A program made the position numbers and the translations under genes. Positions 63,911 through 64,000 of a stretch of 64,000 bases of DNA are shown here, piece after piece. The notes under the pieces were generated by a model. That model was not told the origin of the DNA, searched no databases, and was given only the letters and a program-made list of their open reading frames with translations. The first letter of the stretch is position 1. The number at the start of each line of letters is the position of its first letter. Source of the DNA: Blasia pusilla (Eukaryota); assembly GCA_050084515.1 (NCBI GenBank), contig CM114271.1, positions 31,062,001-31,126,000 on the forward strand, given 5' to 3'.

Positions 63911-64000
63911 CTGAAAATAGATAGCACAAGATTGTGAGCGTCACGCATCTCATCTCCATCACGTTTTCGTTATTGACAGAACTTGCTCTCCTCAAATCCC

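Overview
Repeat-dense eukaryotic DNA, most likely from a plant; an early-diverging lineage such as a bryophyte is my inference, not proven. There are two host genes: an intronless hexokinase with a probable plastid transit peptide (22432-24060, -) and the last exon of a cytochrome b561 (CYBDOM-type) gene (63554-63910, -). Most other recognisable features are decayed, nested transposons: a Ty1/copia element, a Helitron helicase relic and non-autonomous Helitrons, hAT-type MITEs, CRE-like non-LTR relics and a P-element-like transposase. The main result is a family of Ty3/Gypsy-like retroelements (two near-complete copies at 700-9884 and 49858-58262, plus several relics) with three unusual properties. 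(1) A DNMT3-like C5 cytosine methyltransferase sits in-frame between protease and RT. (2) A PHD finger follows the integrase. (3) There are no LTRs. Instead the pieces fit split direct repeats, A1-ORF-PPT-B1-(2 bp)-A2-B2, an architecture known from tyrosine-recombinase elements (PAT/TOC1/Ngaro). Yet these elements carry a DDE integrase, TG...CA ends and 4-bp target-site duplications. No single copy here shows the whole A1...B1-A2-B2 layout; it is reconstructed across copies. All alignments were made by eye, and boundaries of decayed elements are approximate.
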